The position numbers and the translations under genes are program-made. From Negativicutes bacterium (lineage in GTDB: Bacteria > Bacillota > Negativicutes > UBA1444): DNA of 64,000 nt. Under the pieces are notes generated by a model, which saw only the letters and a list, made by a program, of their open reading frames with translations, had not been told where the DNA came from and did not search any database. The stretch lies in NCBI GenBank assembly GCA_963665275.2, contig CAXXIN010000015.1:57262-121261 (forward strand), read 5' to 3'. This document shows, piece by piece, positions 40,113 to 49,863 of the stretch (the first letter of the stretch is position 1; each line of letters starts with the position of its first letter).

Positions 40113-41239
40113 TCAACGCCTTTGCGCTCTTCTCGCCAAGGTCTCCTGCAACTTATCGAAAGGCTGCTTGAACTTATCGACCCCTTCGTCTTCCAGCTGC
40201 CGCGTCACCTTGTCGAGGTTAATATTCAGTTCCTGCAGTCGCGCGAGCACCAGTGATGACTCATGGAGATCTTGTTCGATCCGGAGTCGAGGGTCACCAT
40301 GGTCGCGATAGGCGTCGAGGGTTTCAAGCGGAACCGTGTTGACCGTGTCCGGCCCGATGAGGGCCTCAACGTATTTCACGTCGCTGTAGTCCGGGTTCTT
40401 GGTGCTGGTGCTGGCCCAGAGCAGGCGTTGAACAAGCGCGCCTTGCGCAGCAGTTTTTTAAAACGATCGCTGCCGAAGATTTCCTTGTAGATTTGATAAG
40501 CTTCTTTAGCGCTGGCGATGGCGACTTGTCCACGCGTTTTTTGCGCGATGTCTGCCTCACGGCCGCCTTGCGCAATAATTTTGTCCAATAGCGGATCTAC
40601 CAATGCATCAATTCGGCTTATAAAAAAACTTGCGACAGACGCTATATGATTTAATGGTTTCCCCATGGCGGCGCGAGCCTCGAGCCCTGCAATGTAAGCT
40701 TCCGCCACTTGACGATAACGCGGCAACCCGAAGAGCAGCGTCGCATTGACGTTGATCCCTTCGCTGATAAGCTGCCGAATAGCAGACAATCCGTTAGCTG
40801 TCGCAGGAACCTTGATGAAGACGTTCTGACGGTTCAGATCGGTCCACAGGCGCCTGGCTTCCTCTATCGTTCCGTGGGTGTCGTTGGCCAGGTGAGGATT
40901 GACCTCCAGGCTGACATAGCCATCCTTGCCGCCAGACTTGTCGTAGAGAGGCCAGAACTCGTCGGCCGCGCTCTGAACGTCGCGCTGACTGAGGGTTTCG
41001 TATATCGTTTCAGTCCCTTTCCCCTCAAGTGACAGGGCGCGAATGTCTTTATCATAATCGTGACTGTCCGTTATCGCCTTCTCAAAGATGGCTGGATTCG
41101 AGGTCATACCCCGTAGCCCGGCCTCCTCGATCAAACGCCGTAACCCTCCGCCAGTGATCAGGTCCCGCCGAATATAATCCAACCAAATGGACTGTCCCAG
41201 ATCATCCAATTGTTTCAGCGAATTGTATTTCATCGTCAT
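40113..41239 (-). CDS. tal: Transaldolase (long type 2), apparent frameshift ~40450
   Basis: GQSIWLD, GMTSNPAIF, VSLEV.P, FIKVPAT, NATLLF, SFFISRID; adding one base restores QRLLWASTSTKNP.YSDVKYVE. Confidence 0.9.
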
Positions 41240-41388
41240 ATTTTCTTCCTTTCCAGCTCCACCGCCTTCGTCAGGCGGTGAAATTACGTCTAGCTGCCTC
41301 TTCTTCTCCGGCATTTGGTTTGACGCTGTGCACATCCGGGTGTATGATGAAATCGCTACATCTCTTGTAGCACATCCATGTTATTGGT

Positions 41389-41421
41389 CCAAACAACCGC
41401 CGACACTCGGCGGTTGTTTGG
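41389..41421. repeat. Perfect 15-bp inverted repeat
   Basis: CCAAACAACCGCCGA-CAC-TCGGCGGTTGTTTGG. Confidence 0.7.
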
Positions 41422-41467
41422 TTTTTCGGGGTTTATTTAAGGGGTGCCGCCTTCTGCGGATCTGTCC

Positions 41468-43077
41468 TTAAGTTATTGGCAATACAACGACAAACTGGCA
41501 CCCTTTGCCCAGTTCGCTTTGAATCGAAATCGTGCCGCCGTGAAGCGAGATCAGATGCTTTGACAGAGCCAACCCCAGTCCGGTTCCGTCTGTTTGTTTA
41601 TTATAATAGGACTGCTCCAACTGACTAAACGGCAAAAACAGCTTCGCCTGATCTTCTTCAGCGATCCCGATACCGGTATCTTCTACCACGATCTCCATTG
41701 CTGCGGCTTCTAGCTCTTCACTGATTTTCCGCACCTTTATCGATACGGTTCCGCCCGTACGATTGAACTTAATGCCGTTGTCGACCAGATTGTATAGAAT
41801 TTGTTTTATTTTGCGAACATCGCCCTCAAAAGACACTCCGTTCATACTGGAATCAATCGTAACGAATAGACTGATCTGCTTTTTCCTGGCCTTTTCACTG
41901 AATGCAGCGAGGGTCTCCCGACATACCGCTTCAATATCAAAGCGGCTTACTTCGAGTTGCACTTTGTTTGCTTCCATTTTGCTGACGTCCAGTACATCGT
42001 TGATGAGGCCCAGCAGGTGCTGTCCACTGATCAGGATGTTGGTTATGAAAGTCTCCTGCTTGGAATTAAGAGGTCCGAACAGTTTGTCCTGCATTACCTC
42101 TGAAAAACCGATGATGGCGTTGAGCGGCGTTCGTAATTCATGCGACATGTTAGCAATGAACATCGACTTGGCTTTCAATGCCTCCTCAGTGATCAGGTTA
42201 AACCGAGCCAGCTCTTCCTCTGCGCGTTTGCGCAAACTAATATCGGCGATCGTAACCAAAAAACCCAGCGTCTCCCACGGTAAACGCCCTTTAACAGCCC
42301 AGCGCTGACCAATAAGTCAAGGCGCTCACCCGCAGGGTTCGTGTATTTGACTTCGAGATCAAAGACATTATCATTCAAAACATCTTTAATCAAGAAACGA
42401 GTTCCATCCTCTTCCCTGTACATTGGTATGGTTTGATCAAAACTTCCCTGTAAAATATCTGATCCGAATAACATTGTTGCAACTTTGTTGCCGCGAATGA
42501 TCTTGCCCATCAGATCGCAAACGATGATGGACTCACTGGCCTGATCGAATACACGGTACATAAAATTCTGCTCGGCTCGTTTTTGCTCCGTTAAGTCGGT
42601 GACTATCAGAAAAACAATTTGTTGTTCATCGATACAGCCTTTTGCCGACACCAGTACTGAAACGGGTACGCCATTGGCAGATTTCAGGCTGAGCTCATGT
42701 TTAAAACAATCTGTCTCTGTCAAAGATTGTTGAAAAAGTTCAATTTCCAATCTGGACGAAAACAAATCATAAATGGAGCTGCCGATAACATCCTCAAGAC
42801 ATTTGTCCAACATTTGGGCGAAGTTCTTGTTGCAAAAAAGAATCACCCCATCTTTATTCAGGGAAATAAATCCTTCCTGCATTTCTTCGATGATTTCACG
42901 GTAAACATGGTCTGCTCCCTGCAAAATGTAAACCGGGTCGCTTTTGTTTTCAGAAACGAGGAGTGCATCGATGTCACCGTGCCTAATGGCGCTTATGAGA
43001 TCCTGAGCTTCTTTGAGTTGCCAATGAAGTTCATTAACTTCATCTTGCAGCTCTTTTTTTGTTTTAACGGTTGCCAC
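41468..43077 (-). CDS. PAS-PAS histidine kinase coupled to kaiBC, apparent frameshift ~42275
   Basis: N-terminal coil LKEAQDLISAIRHGDIDALLV, two PAS segments, NMSHELRTPLN H-box, HATPase boxes split over two ORFs. Confidence 0.85.
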
Positions 43078-43081
43078 CTGC

Positions 43082-43396
43082 CTACCCTCTCAATATCCGC
43101 AAAATTTCATCTTCATTGGACATATCGCCGATAAATCTACGTACGGGCCTTGGCATTCTTTTGATTAAGGTGGGAACAACAATAATCTGGTTCTCTTTCG
43201 CGGCCTGTGGTTGCTGCAAAATATCCACCACAACGAGGTCGCAAACTCCCGACGGCAATTTCGTACATAGTTTTCTCACGTTTGCGATCGCCCGGCTGGA
43301 ACGTGGGGAAGTTCCAGCAATGTACAGACAAAAATCATACGTGTTCTGGGCATTTTCAGCTAATTCGACGTTCCCGCCGGACTCAATCCGTACCAT
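43082..43396 (-). CDS. kaiB: KaiB family protein
   Basis: LYIAGTSPRS.RAIAN, VVDI..QP..A...QI..VPTLIK..P.PVRRFIGDMS. Confidence 0.93.
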   Translation of the reverse strand: MVRIESGGNVELAENAQNTYDFCLYIAGTSPRSSRAIANVRKLCTKLPSGVCDLVVVDILQQPQAAKENQIIVVPTLIKRMPRPVRRFIGDMSNEDEILRILRG

Positions 43397-43413
43397 TGTT
43401 TTCCTCCCAAAGC

Positions 43414-45117
43414 CTATTTATCTCCTTTTCGCAATGCGGCAATTTCTTTGCGTGTATTGGCAAGCGTACCTGATTCGGCGACTTCTTCGGCAATCAGCTC
43501 ACCAAGTTCTTCTTCGTCAGCTTCAAAGGCGAGTTTCAGGTTAATGATTTCCGCTTCCAACTTCGTGCGCTTGCGTTCGACTTCGCGCTGTCTATGTTCG
43601 ATTTCCTGTTGTCTGCGCAATCGCTGCGCCGCATCTTTTTCCTCTTGGGCAAATCGGGCCGAACCGGTGAGAATCCCATCCGCCCCGGTAGAAACATCAA
43701 CGAGTTCTACACCTTGATCTGACAGGACAAATTCGCGTATTTGATTGGAGTGAGCCATCCCGCGTGATTTCAGAACGTATATGCCCCGATTTCGTTCGCC
43801 GTTGATTTCGATATCCCGTACGGCGATCCATGTATCGATCAGCGACGAGGTCGGCAAGTCGTTCTCTTCCAGTTGTTTGCGTGAAGACAAATTCGTAAAA
43901 ATCGCCGTAATGCCCTGAAGTTTCAAAAAATCAATGAGTCGCGTCAGCATGATTTTCACTTCAACAGTCTCACCAGCGGCAGCTAAATTGGAGATCGGAT
44001 CGAGAATCACCAGCCGGGGCTTAAATTCATTCACCAACTTATAGATTCTGACCAGATGCATTTCCAGCCCTAATAAGGTGGGACGGGCGGCGACGAATCG
44101 CAGCAGTCCGTTTTCTTGCCATTGCTTGAGATCGAGACCGACACTTCGCATGTTGCGAATAATCTGATGATCTGACTCTTCAAACACAAAATACATACAG
44201 CGCTCTCCCCTGCGACAGGCAGCGTCGGCCGAAAAAGCGGCCAAAGTTGTTTTTCCCGTTCCAGCCGTTCCGGAGATGAGGATACTGCTCCCGGCATAAT
44301 AACCCTTGCCGCCAAGCATGGTGTCCAGGCGTTCAATCCCTGAGGCGATCCGTTCGGTCGAGGCCTGCGCAGTCAGGCCAACCGACGTGATAGGCATAAT
44401 GCAGATCCCTTCTTCATCGATCAAAAAAGGATATTCATTGGTTCCGTGAGCACTACCCCGGTATTTGATGATCTGCAAATGTCGGGTGGAAATCTGATCT
44501 ACCACCTTGTGATCCAGCTGAATCACACAATCGGAAACATATTCTTCAATACCATGGCGGGTCAAACTGCCCGTTCCTTTTTCGCCGGTGACAATGGCGG
44601 TGACCCCTCTTTCCTTCAGCCATCGAAATAGCCGGCGCAACTCCGCTCTGATGACGGTTGCGTTGGACAGCTCCGCAAAGAGGACCTCAATAGTATCAAG
44701 CACTACACGTTTGGCGCCAATAAAATTGATCGCGTAATCCAGCCGAACAAATAGGCCTTCCAGATCGTAATCGCCGGTTTCGGTGATTTCGCTCTTGTCG
44801 AAATACACGTAGTCCAGAAAAACTTTCTTTTCTGCCATCAACACTTTGAGATCGATACCCAGAGAAGCTACATTTTCGGCAAGCTCTTTCTCGTTTTCCT
44901 CAAAAGACATAAAAACCCCCGGCTCATCGTATAACGTTGCGCCGTTTACTAAAAACTGCATCGCCAACAAGGTCTTGCCGCAACCGGCTGACCCGCAAAC
45001 CAGCGCCGTACGATCTCGCGGCAATCCACCATTCGTTATTTCATCAAGGCCCTGTATACCCGTTAGGCATTTCGGTAATTGTTGTTCGTATGCACCGATC
45101 AGAAAATCTCCCCCCAT
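43414..45117 (-). CDS. kaiC: Double-domain KaiC with C-terminal coiled-coil extension
   Basis: Two Walker A (GSAGCGKT, GTAGTGKT), FEE twice, EEYVSD, KYRGS.H, SSLIDTW, KSRGMAHSNQIREF. Confidence 0.95.
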   Translation of the reverse strand: MGGDFLIGAYEQQLPKCLTGIQGLDEITNGGLPRDRTALVCGSAGCGKTLLAMQFLVNGATLYDEPGVFMSFEENEKELAENVASLGIDLKVLMAEKKVFLDYVYFDKSEITETGDYDLEGLFVRLDYAINFIGAKRVVLDTIEVLFAELSNATVIRAELRRLFRWLKERGVTAIVTGEKGTGSLTRHGIEEYVSDCVIQLDHKVVDQISTRHLQIIKYRGSAHGTNEYPFLIDEEGICIMPITSVGLTAQASTERIASGIERLDTMLGGKGYYAGSSILISGTAGTGKTTLAAFSADAACRRGERCMYFVFEESDHQIIRNMRSVGLDLKQWQENGLLRFVAARPTLLGLEMHLVRIYKLVNEFKPRLVILDPISNLAAAGETVEVKIMLTRLIDFLKLQGITAIFTNLSSRKQLEENDLPTSSLIDTWIAVRDIEINGERNRGIYVLKSRGMAHSNQIREFVLSDQGVELVDVSTGADGILTGSARFAQEEKDAAQRLRRQQEIEHRQREVERKRTKLEAEIINLKLAFEADEEELGELIAEEVAESGTLANTRKEIAALRKGDK

Positions 45118-45258
45118 CCAGATCCTACGAGAAACATTAACGTGTTCAGTGTACGCTAAATTCAAGTAAGTAGCATTGGACGATAGCACAAGTTTGAATG
45201 AATAATCCCGGGTTATTTTATAACGATAGTACAAAACTGAGTAATATCGACGCAAAAC

Positions 45259-45289
45259 AAAAAAGCTTCGGGGAAAGTTCCCGAAGCTT
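45259..45289 (-). terminator. Intrinsic terminator of tRNA-Leu
   Basis: AAGCTTCGGG/CCCGAAGCTT stem followed by a T tract on the minus strand. Confidence 0.75.
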
Positions 45290-45301
45290 GGTGTCAAAGA
45301 A

Positions 45302-45387
45302 TGGTGCGGGTGGCCGGACTCGAACCGGCACGGCCGTGAAGCCGAGGGATTTTAAGTCCCTTGTGTCTGCCATTCCACCACACCCGC
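45302..45387 (-). tRNA. tRNA-Leu(TAA)
   Basis: GCGGGTG...GGGAC-TTAAAA-TCCC, long variable arm, GGTTCGAGTCC, encoded CCA. Confidence 0.95.
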
Positions 45388-45396
45388 AACAACGTT

Positions 45397-45425
45397 ATTA
45401 TACCGGACATGGCGTTCTCTTTCAA
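45397..45425 (-). promoter_or_regulatory. Sigma-A promoter of tRNA-Leu
   Basis: TTGAAA-17-TATAAT. Confidence 0.8.
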
Positions 45426-45465
45426 GTCAGAGAGCCTGATAAAATCATGCTTGCGTAAATTTTAT

Positions 45466-46758
45466 TTATATTTCGTCCTGTCCGACTTTGCGCAACGTGA
45501 TTAATAAGCCGGCTGCAGCCAGCAGACAACCGACCAGAAACAGCAAGCCGCCATTGAACGAACCTGTTGCCTCACGAATGTATCCCATGGCATAAGGCCC
45601 AACGAAACCGCCGAGGTTGCCGATGCTGTTGATCATCGCAATCGCGCCCGCAGCGGCGGTAGCCGTCAGGAAAGAGTGCGGGATTGCCCAGAAAGGACCG
45701 AAAGACGCATAAATCCCCATGACCGAAACCGTAAAAAAGACCATGGAAACAAAGATACTAACATCCGCGAACAGAACACTGCCGCCCAATCCAACAGCCC
45801 CCGTCATCATGCCAAGTACCGTATGCCAACGGCGTTCCCCGGTCCTATCCGAACTTTTTCCCACAAAGTACATCGCAATAAAAGCGAAAAGATAAGGAAC
45901 AGCGACCAAAAATCCGACCATTTGGTTGCTTATCGACGTTGAAAGAGCTTTGACCAAAATTGGCAAAAACATTCCAACACCATAGAATCCACACACCCAG
46001 AAGAAATAAATGGCCGACAAGGTAATGACATCCCGATCCGCAAAAGCCTGCATGACCGTATATTTTTTCTTTTCGACTTTTTTGGCGCTTTCTGCTTCCA
46101 ACTCTTTCATCAACCAGCTGCGCTCATCATCAGAGAGCCATTTGGCATCTACCGGACGATTCGTCAGATAAAATGGCGTAAGCACGCCCATGATTATCGC
46201 AGGAATGGCTTCAAGGATGAACAGCCACTTCCAGCCGGCAATCCCCATTGCGGTAACTCCAAGCAAATAGGTTGAAATAGGCGCCCCCAAAACATTGCAT
46301 ACCGGCAGGGACATCATAAAGTAGGCTACGGCTTTCGCCTGGTCTTGTGCGCGACACCAAGTACCTAAATAATAAATAATGCCGGGGAAAAAGCTGGCCT
46401 CCGCCACACCCAGGAAAAACCGTACGACATAAAACTCCATCGGCGTAGTAACCCAAGCCGTAAAGCCGGAAACGATGCCCCAGGTGATCAAAATTCTGGC
46501 GATCCACATGCGCGCGCCAACTTTTGACATGATTATATTTCCGGGAATCTCCATGACGAAATATCCAATGAAAAAAATACCTGCGCCCAAGCCGTAGATG
46601 GCATTGCTGAAGCCCAGATCTTTATTCATTGACAAGGCTGCAAAACCCACATTGACCCGGTCCAAAAATGCAATAATGTACAGCAGCCCCAAAAAAGGCA
46701 TCAATCGCCAGAACACCTTACTGACTGTGCGTTTTTCCAGAGAAATGACCTCGTTCAT
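45466..46758 (-). CDS. MFS transporter, anion:cation symporter (ACS) family
   Basis: RLMPFL..LY.IAFLDRVNVGFA, RMWIARILITWG, RFFLGVAEA.FFPG, GWKWLFILEA. Confidence 0.92.
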   Translation of the reverse strand: MNEVISLEKRTVSKVFWRLMPFLGLLYIIAFLDRVNVGFAALSMNKDLGFSNAIYGLGAGIFFIGYFVMEIPGNIIMSKVGARMWIARILITWGIVSGFTAWVTTPMEFYVVRFFLGVAEASFFPGIIYYLGTWCRAQDQAKAVAYFMMSLPVCNVLGAPISTYLLGVTAMGIAGWKWLFILEAIPAIIMGVLTPFYLTNRPVDAKWLSDDERSWLMKELEAESAKKVEKKKYTVMQAFADRDVITLSAIYFFWVCGFYGVGMFLPILVKALSTSISNQMVGFLVAVPYLFAFIAMYFVGKSSDRTGERRWHTVLGMMTGAVGLGGSVLFADVSIFVSMVFFTVSVMGIYASFGPFWAIPHSFLTATAAAGAIAMINSIGNLGGFVGPYAMGYIREATGSFNGGLLFLVGCLLAAAGLLITLRKVGQDEI

Positions 46759-46841
46759 TTCTGCCCCCCCTATTTGCTCGAAACTTATATGAAGAATACC
46801 CTTTGCCCATTCCTACATTTCATACTTCATTTAGTTCTCTC

Positions 46842-46883
46842 TGTGCAATGTGCAAAATAGCATTGTGTACTGAAATTCGCCCA
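46842..46883 (-). promoter_or_regulatory. Promoter/operator shared with the ilvD-like operon
   Basis: TGTGCAATGTGCAAAATAGCATTGTGTACTGAAATTCGCCCA, closely matching 51563..51605. Confidence 0.6.
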
Positions 46884-46961
46884 TTTGACTAAAATCCCTT
46901 TAAAATTATTCAATATTTACAGATTTTTTTGCGGAATATACAATTTTATGCCCCATAAAAG

Positions 46962-47014
46962 CGCAGTACACCCCAAATGTCAGACATTTCGTCTCACATT
47001 TGGGGTGTACTGCA
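46962..47014. mobile_element. 53-bp palindrome resembling two abutted IS3-family terminal repeats (MITE-like)
   Basis: GCAGTACACCCCAAATGTCAGAC-ATTTC-GTCTCACATTTGGGGTGTACTGCA; positioned as terminator after dctM. Confidence 0.5.
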
Positions 47015-47047
47015 CAGCAGGCGCTATCGTTCACGAGGAAGACTATT

Positions 47048-48310
47048 TTATAGTATCATGCCCTTGAAGAATAGCGGCAGATAAGTTACGGCCAGCAACA
47101 CCACCAGCAAGCCGATCACCATCGGCACGACCGCTTTGCTGATCTTCTCAATGGATAGGCCGGAGATTGTACTGGCGACATAGAGGTTGATCGCAACCGG
47201 CGGTGTCACCATCCCAATCGATAATCCGAGCACCATGACAACACCGAAATGGATCAAATCGATGCCCAGTTGCTGGATCAAGGGCAAAAAAACCGGTGTC
47301 AGTAAAATCAGTGCTGAAGCGGTTTCCATAAAGAATCCCGTAATAAATATCACGATATTGACCAATAGAATCAATATATACTTATTATTGGAAATCGCCA
47401 GGATATTTTCCGCGATAATTTTGGGGATCTGCCAGTTGGCCATCACCCAGCCCATTGACGTGGAAGTGGTAATGATGAACATGATAATGGACATCGTTAT
47501 TGCTGATCGCATAAAAATTTCTACGAGATTCCGCCAACCGATGTCACGGTATACGAAGAACGAAACGAGCAACGCGTAGTCTACGGAAATAACCGCTGCT
47601 TCAGACGGTGTGAAGTAGCCGGAGAAAATACCGCCCAGAATGATCAACGGCGTTGCCAAGCCCCAGATGGCATCCCGAAAGGTCTTGGCAATATTCAGCC
47701 ATGAAAAAGGCGCTCCGTTGGCATAATTATTCTTATATGCAACATAGAGTCCGATGGCGATGAGAACCCCTCCCATCATAAACCCGGGGATGAAACCGTT
47801 CAGGAACAGACGGGCCACCGATTGGTCGGCAATTACGCAATAGAGAACCATCGGAACCGATGGAGGAATAATAACGCCGATACAGCCGCCTGATGCAATG
47901 AGTGCGGCGGAAAAAGCCGGGTCATAGCCTTTTTTCTTCAGTTCAGGCAATAAAGGCGTTCCGACAGCAGCCGTCGTGGCTGCCCCCGAGCCGGAGATGG
48001 CGGCAAAGAACATGGATGCCAGCACTGCCACCACCCAGAGGCCTCCTTTGACAAAACCCAGTAAAGAATCAGCAAACTGCACCATTTTCTCGGACACTTT
48101 GCCTTTGGCCATGATATCTCCCGCCAGAATGAAGAACGGGATGGCCACCAGGGGAAATGAATCCGCTCCGGCGAACATTCGCTGTGGAACCACGAGTAGT
48201 GAGATGTCGTTGGTAGAAAGCACTACAAGCACCGTGAGACCGATGGCAATAGCGATGGGCACGCCGAAAGCAAGCAGGATAAAGAAGGAGCCAAATAATA
48301 AGGTAATCAT
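47048..48310 (-). CDS. dctM: TRAP transporter large permease
   Basis: LVAIPFFILAG, FAAISGSG, IIPPSVPM, FTPSEAA, GMVTPPV. Confidence 0.95.
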   Translation of the reverse strand: MITLLFGSFFILLAFGVPIAIAIGLTVLVVLSTNDISLLVVPQRMFAGADSFPLVAIPFFILAGDIMAKGKVSEKMVQFADSLLGFVKGGLWVVAVLASMFFAAISGSGAATTAAVGTPLLPELKKKGYDPAFSAALIASGGCIGVIIPPSVPMVLYCVIADQSVARLFLNGFIPGFMMGGVLIAIGLYVAYKNNYANGAPFSWLNIAKTFRDAIWGLATPLIILGGIFSGYFTPSEAAVISVDYALLVSFFVYRDIGWRNLVEIFMRSAITMSIIMFIITTSTSMGWVMANWQIPKIIAENILAISNNKYILILLVNIVIFITGFFMETASALILLTPVFLPLIQQLGIDLIHFGVVMVLGLSIGMVTPPVAINLYVASTISGLSIEKISKAVVPMVIGLLVVLLAVTYLPLFFKGMIL

Positions 48311-48810
48311 GAAGCCGCCTCTTTTCCGAAAGCTTTCTGCAACTCGTTCGCTATACCGGCAAAACTATGGATAATCATAATGCCCAGGCTCAGAGGAATG
48401 CTCCAATATACGTATTGCATCGGCAGACCCAGTGCCGGTGAAACTTGGAAAACTTGCATCGAAATCATATTCAGCCCCTGTTGGGCCACAACTACGAAGA
48501 AAGCCAGCGACAGCAGGTACGTAAACACATTGAACCATACCCGCAACCGAGTCGGGAAAAAATCGATGATGAATGTGACGGCGATATGGTTGCCGCGTTT
48601 GTACGCCAATGTGGCGCCAAAAAAAGTTCCCCACACCAACAGATACCGCGACAACTCTTCGCTCCATGTTAGAGCATTGAAAGCGACGCGGAAGACAACC
48701 TGCAGGGTGGTAACGATGACCATGGCGGCCACGATGAGAAAAACCATTCCCACCATGGCCCGGTCAATCGCATTACTAAGTTTGCTGATGCCTTGATAAA
48801 TTTGTTGCAT
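48307..48810 (-). CDS. dctQ: TRAP transporter small permease
   Basis: QVVFR, WSEELSRYLLVW, HIAV, 4 TMs. Confidence 0.93.
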   Translation of the reverse strand: MQQIYQGISKLSNAIDRAMVGMVFLIVAAMVIVTTLQVVFRVAFNALTWSEELSRYLLVWGTFFGATLAYKRGNHIAVTFIIDFFPTRLRVWFNVFTYLLSLAFFVVVAQQGLNMISMQVFQVSPALGLPMQYVYWSIPLSLGIMIIHSFAGIANELQKAFGKEAAS

Positions 48811-48824
48811 AGAACCTCCCGGAC

Positions 48825-49841
48825 CTACTTTTTCGCTTTATTGATGTCATCCACCAGTGTGCCGAATTTGGGACCATATTTGTCATATACAGGCTTGACC
48901 GCTGCCTGGAAGGCTGCCGTATCCGGCTCGACAATCTGCATTCCTTTTTCTTTCAGGGCTTTCATCTGCTCAGTCAACTGCTCAGCATTCCACTTCCGCT
49001 CGAACACTGCCGCTTCCTGTGCGGATTTCACCAGGATATCCTGGGTTTCCGCGTTGAAAGAACCGAAGACTTTTTTGCTCATGAGGAACAGCGCCGGGGA
49101 ATAAGAGTGCCGGGTCATCGTGAGGTATTTTTGCGTTTCATTGAGTTTAAAGGAATAGATGACATTGATCGGGTTTTCCTGGCCGTCGATCGTACCCTGC
49201 TGCAAGGCGGTCAGCGCTTCGGTCCAGGCCATGGGAACGGCATTGGTGCCGAGAGTTTTGAACGTATCAATATAGACAGGGTTTTCCATAACACGGATTT
49301 TCAGGCCGGCCATATCTGCAGGGGTCAAGACGGGTTTTTTAGAGTTGGTGAGGTTGCGGAAACCACGTTCCGCGTAAGCCAGACCTTTTAAATTAACGGC
49401 GTCGAGTTTGTCCAACACTTTTTTGCCCACTGCGCCATCGAGGACCTTATAGGCTTCTTCCGGTGAAGCAAACATGAACGGCATTTCGAATGCGGCAATC
49501 TCCGGCAGGAAGTTGGCAACCGGACCATTGGTGATAACACCCATGGCGACTGTGCCGATCTGCATTCCTTCGATCAGAGTCCGTTCATCACCGAGAGACG
49601 CATTCGGGAATATTTCGACTTTAACTGCGCCTTTGGTGCGTGCTTCGACCAGTTCTTTGAATTTCATGGCTGCAATGTGGAAGCCATCTTTTTCATTAAC
49701 GACATGAGCTAGTTTGATCGTCTGTGGACCTGCAGCCGGCTTGGCCTCAGGCTTCTTCTCTGCGCCACCGCAGCCGGAAACGGCGAATACGACGACCATC
49801 AGCAGGCTCAGCAGAAACAGCGCATTTTTTTTGGATATCAT
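48825..49841 (-). CDS. dctP: TRAP substrate-binding lipoprotein
   Basis: Lipobox VSGC, GFRNLTN, GLKIRVME, ALQQGTIDGQENP. Confidence 0.93.
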   Translation of the reverse strand: MISKKNALFLLSLLMVVVFAVSGCGGAEKKPEAKPAAGPQTIKLAHVVNEKDGFHIAAMKFKELVEARTKGAVKVEIFPNASLGDERTLIEGMQIGTVAMGVITNGPVANFLPEIAAFEMPFMFASPEEAYKVLDGAVGKKVLDKLDAVNLKGLAYAERGFRNLTNSKKPVLTPADMAGLKIRVMENPVYIDTFKTLGTNAVPMAWTEALTALQQGTIDGQENPINVIYSFKLNETQKYLTMTRHSYSPALFLMSKKVFGSFNAETQDILVKSAQEAAVFERKWNAEQLTEQMKALKEKGMQIVEPDTAAFQAAVKPVYDKYGPKFGTLVDDINKAKK

Positions 49842-49863
49842 GAATTTCTTCCCCCTCATTTTA

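Noticed and set aside
43082-45117. True cyanobacterial-type circadian clock
   Set aside because: No kaiA or sasA/rpaA; the KaiC tail and SS site fit KaiA-independent systems
45118-45297. 60-aa N-terminal extension of KaiC in the ORF track
   Set aside because: Overlaps the tRNA terminator and intergenic DNA; KaiC homology starts after ~45117
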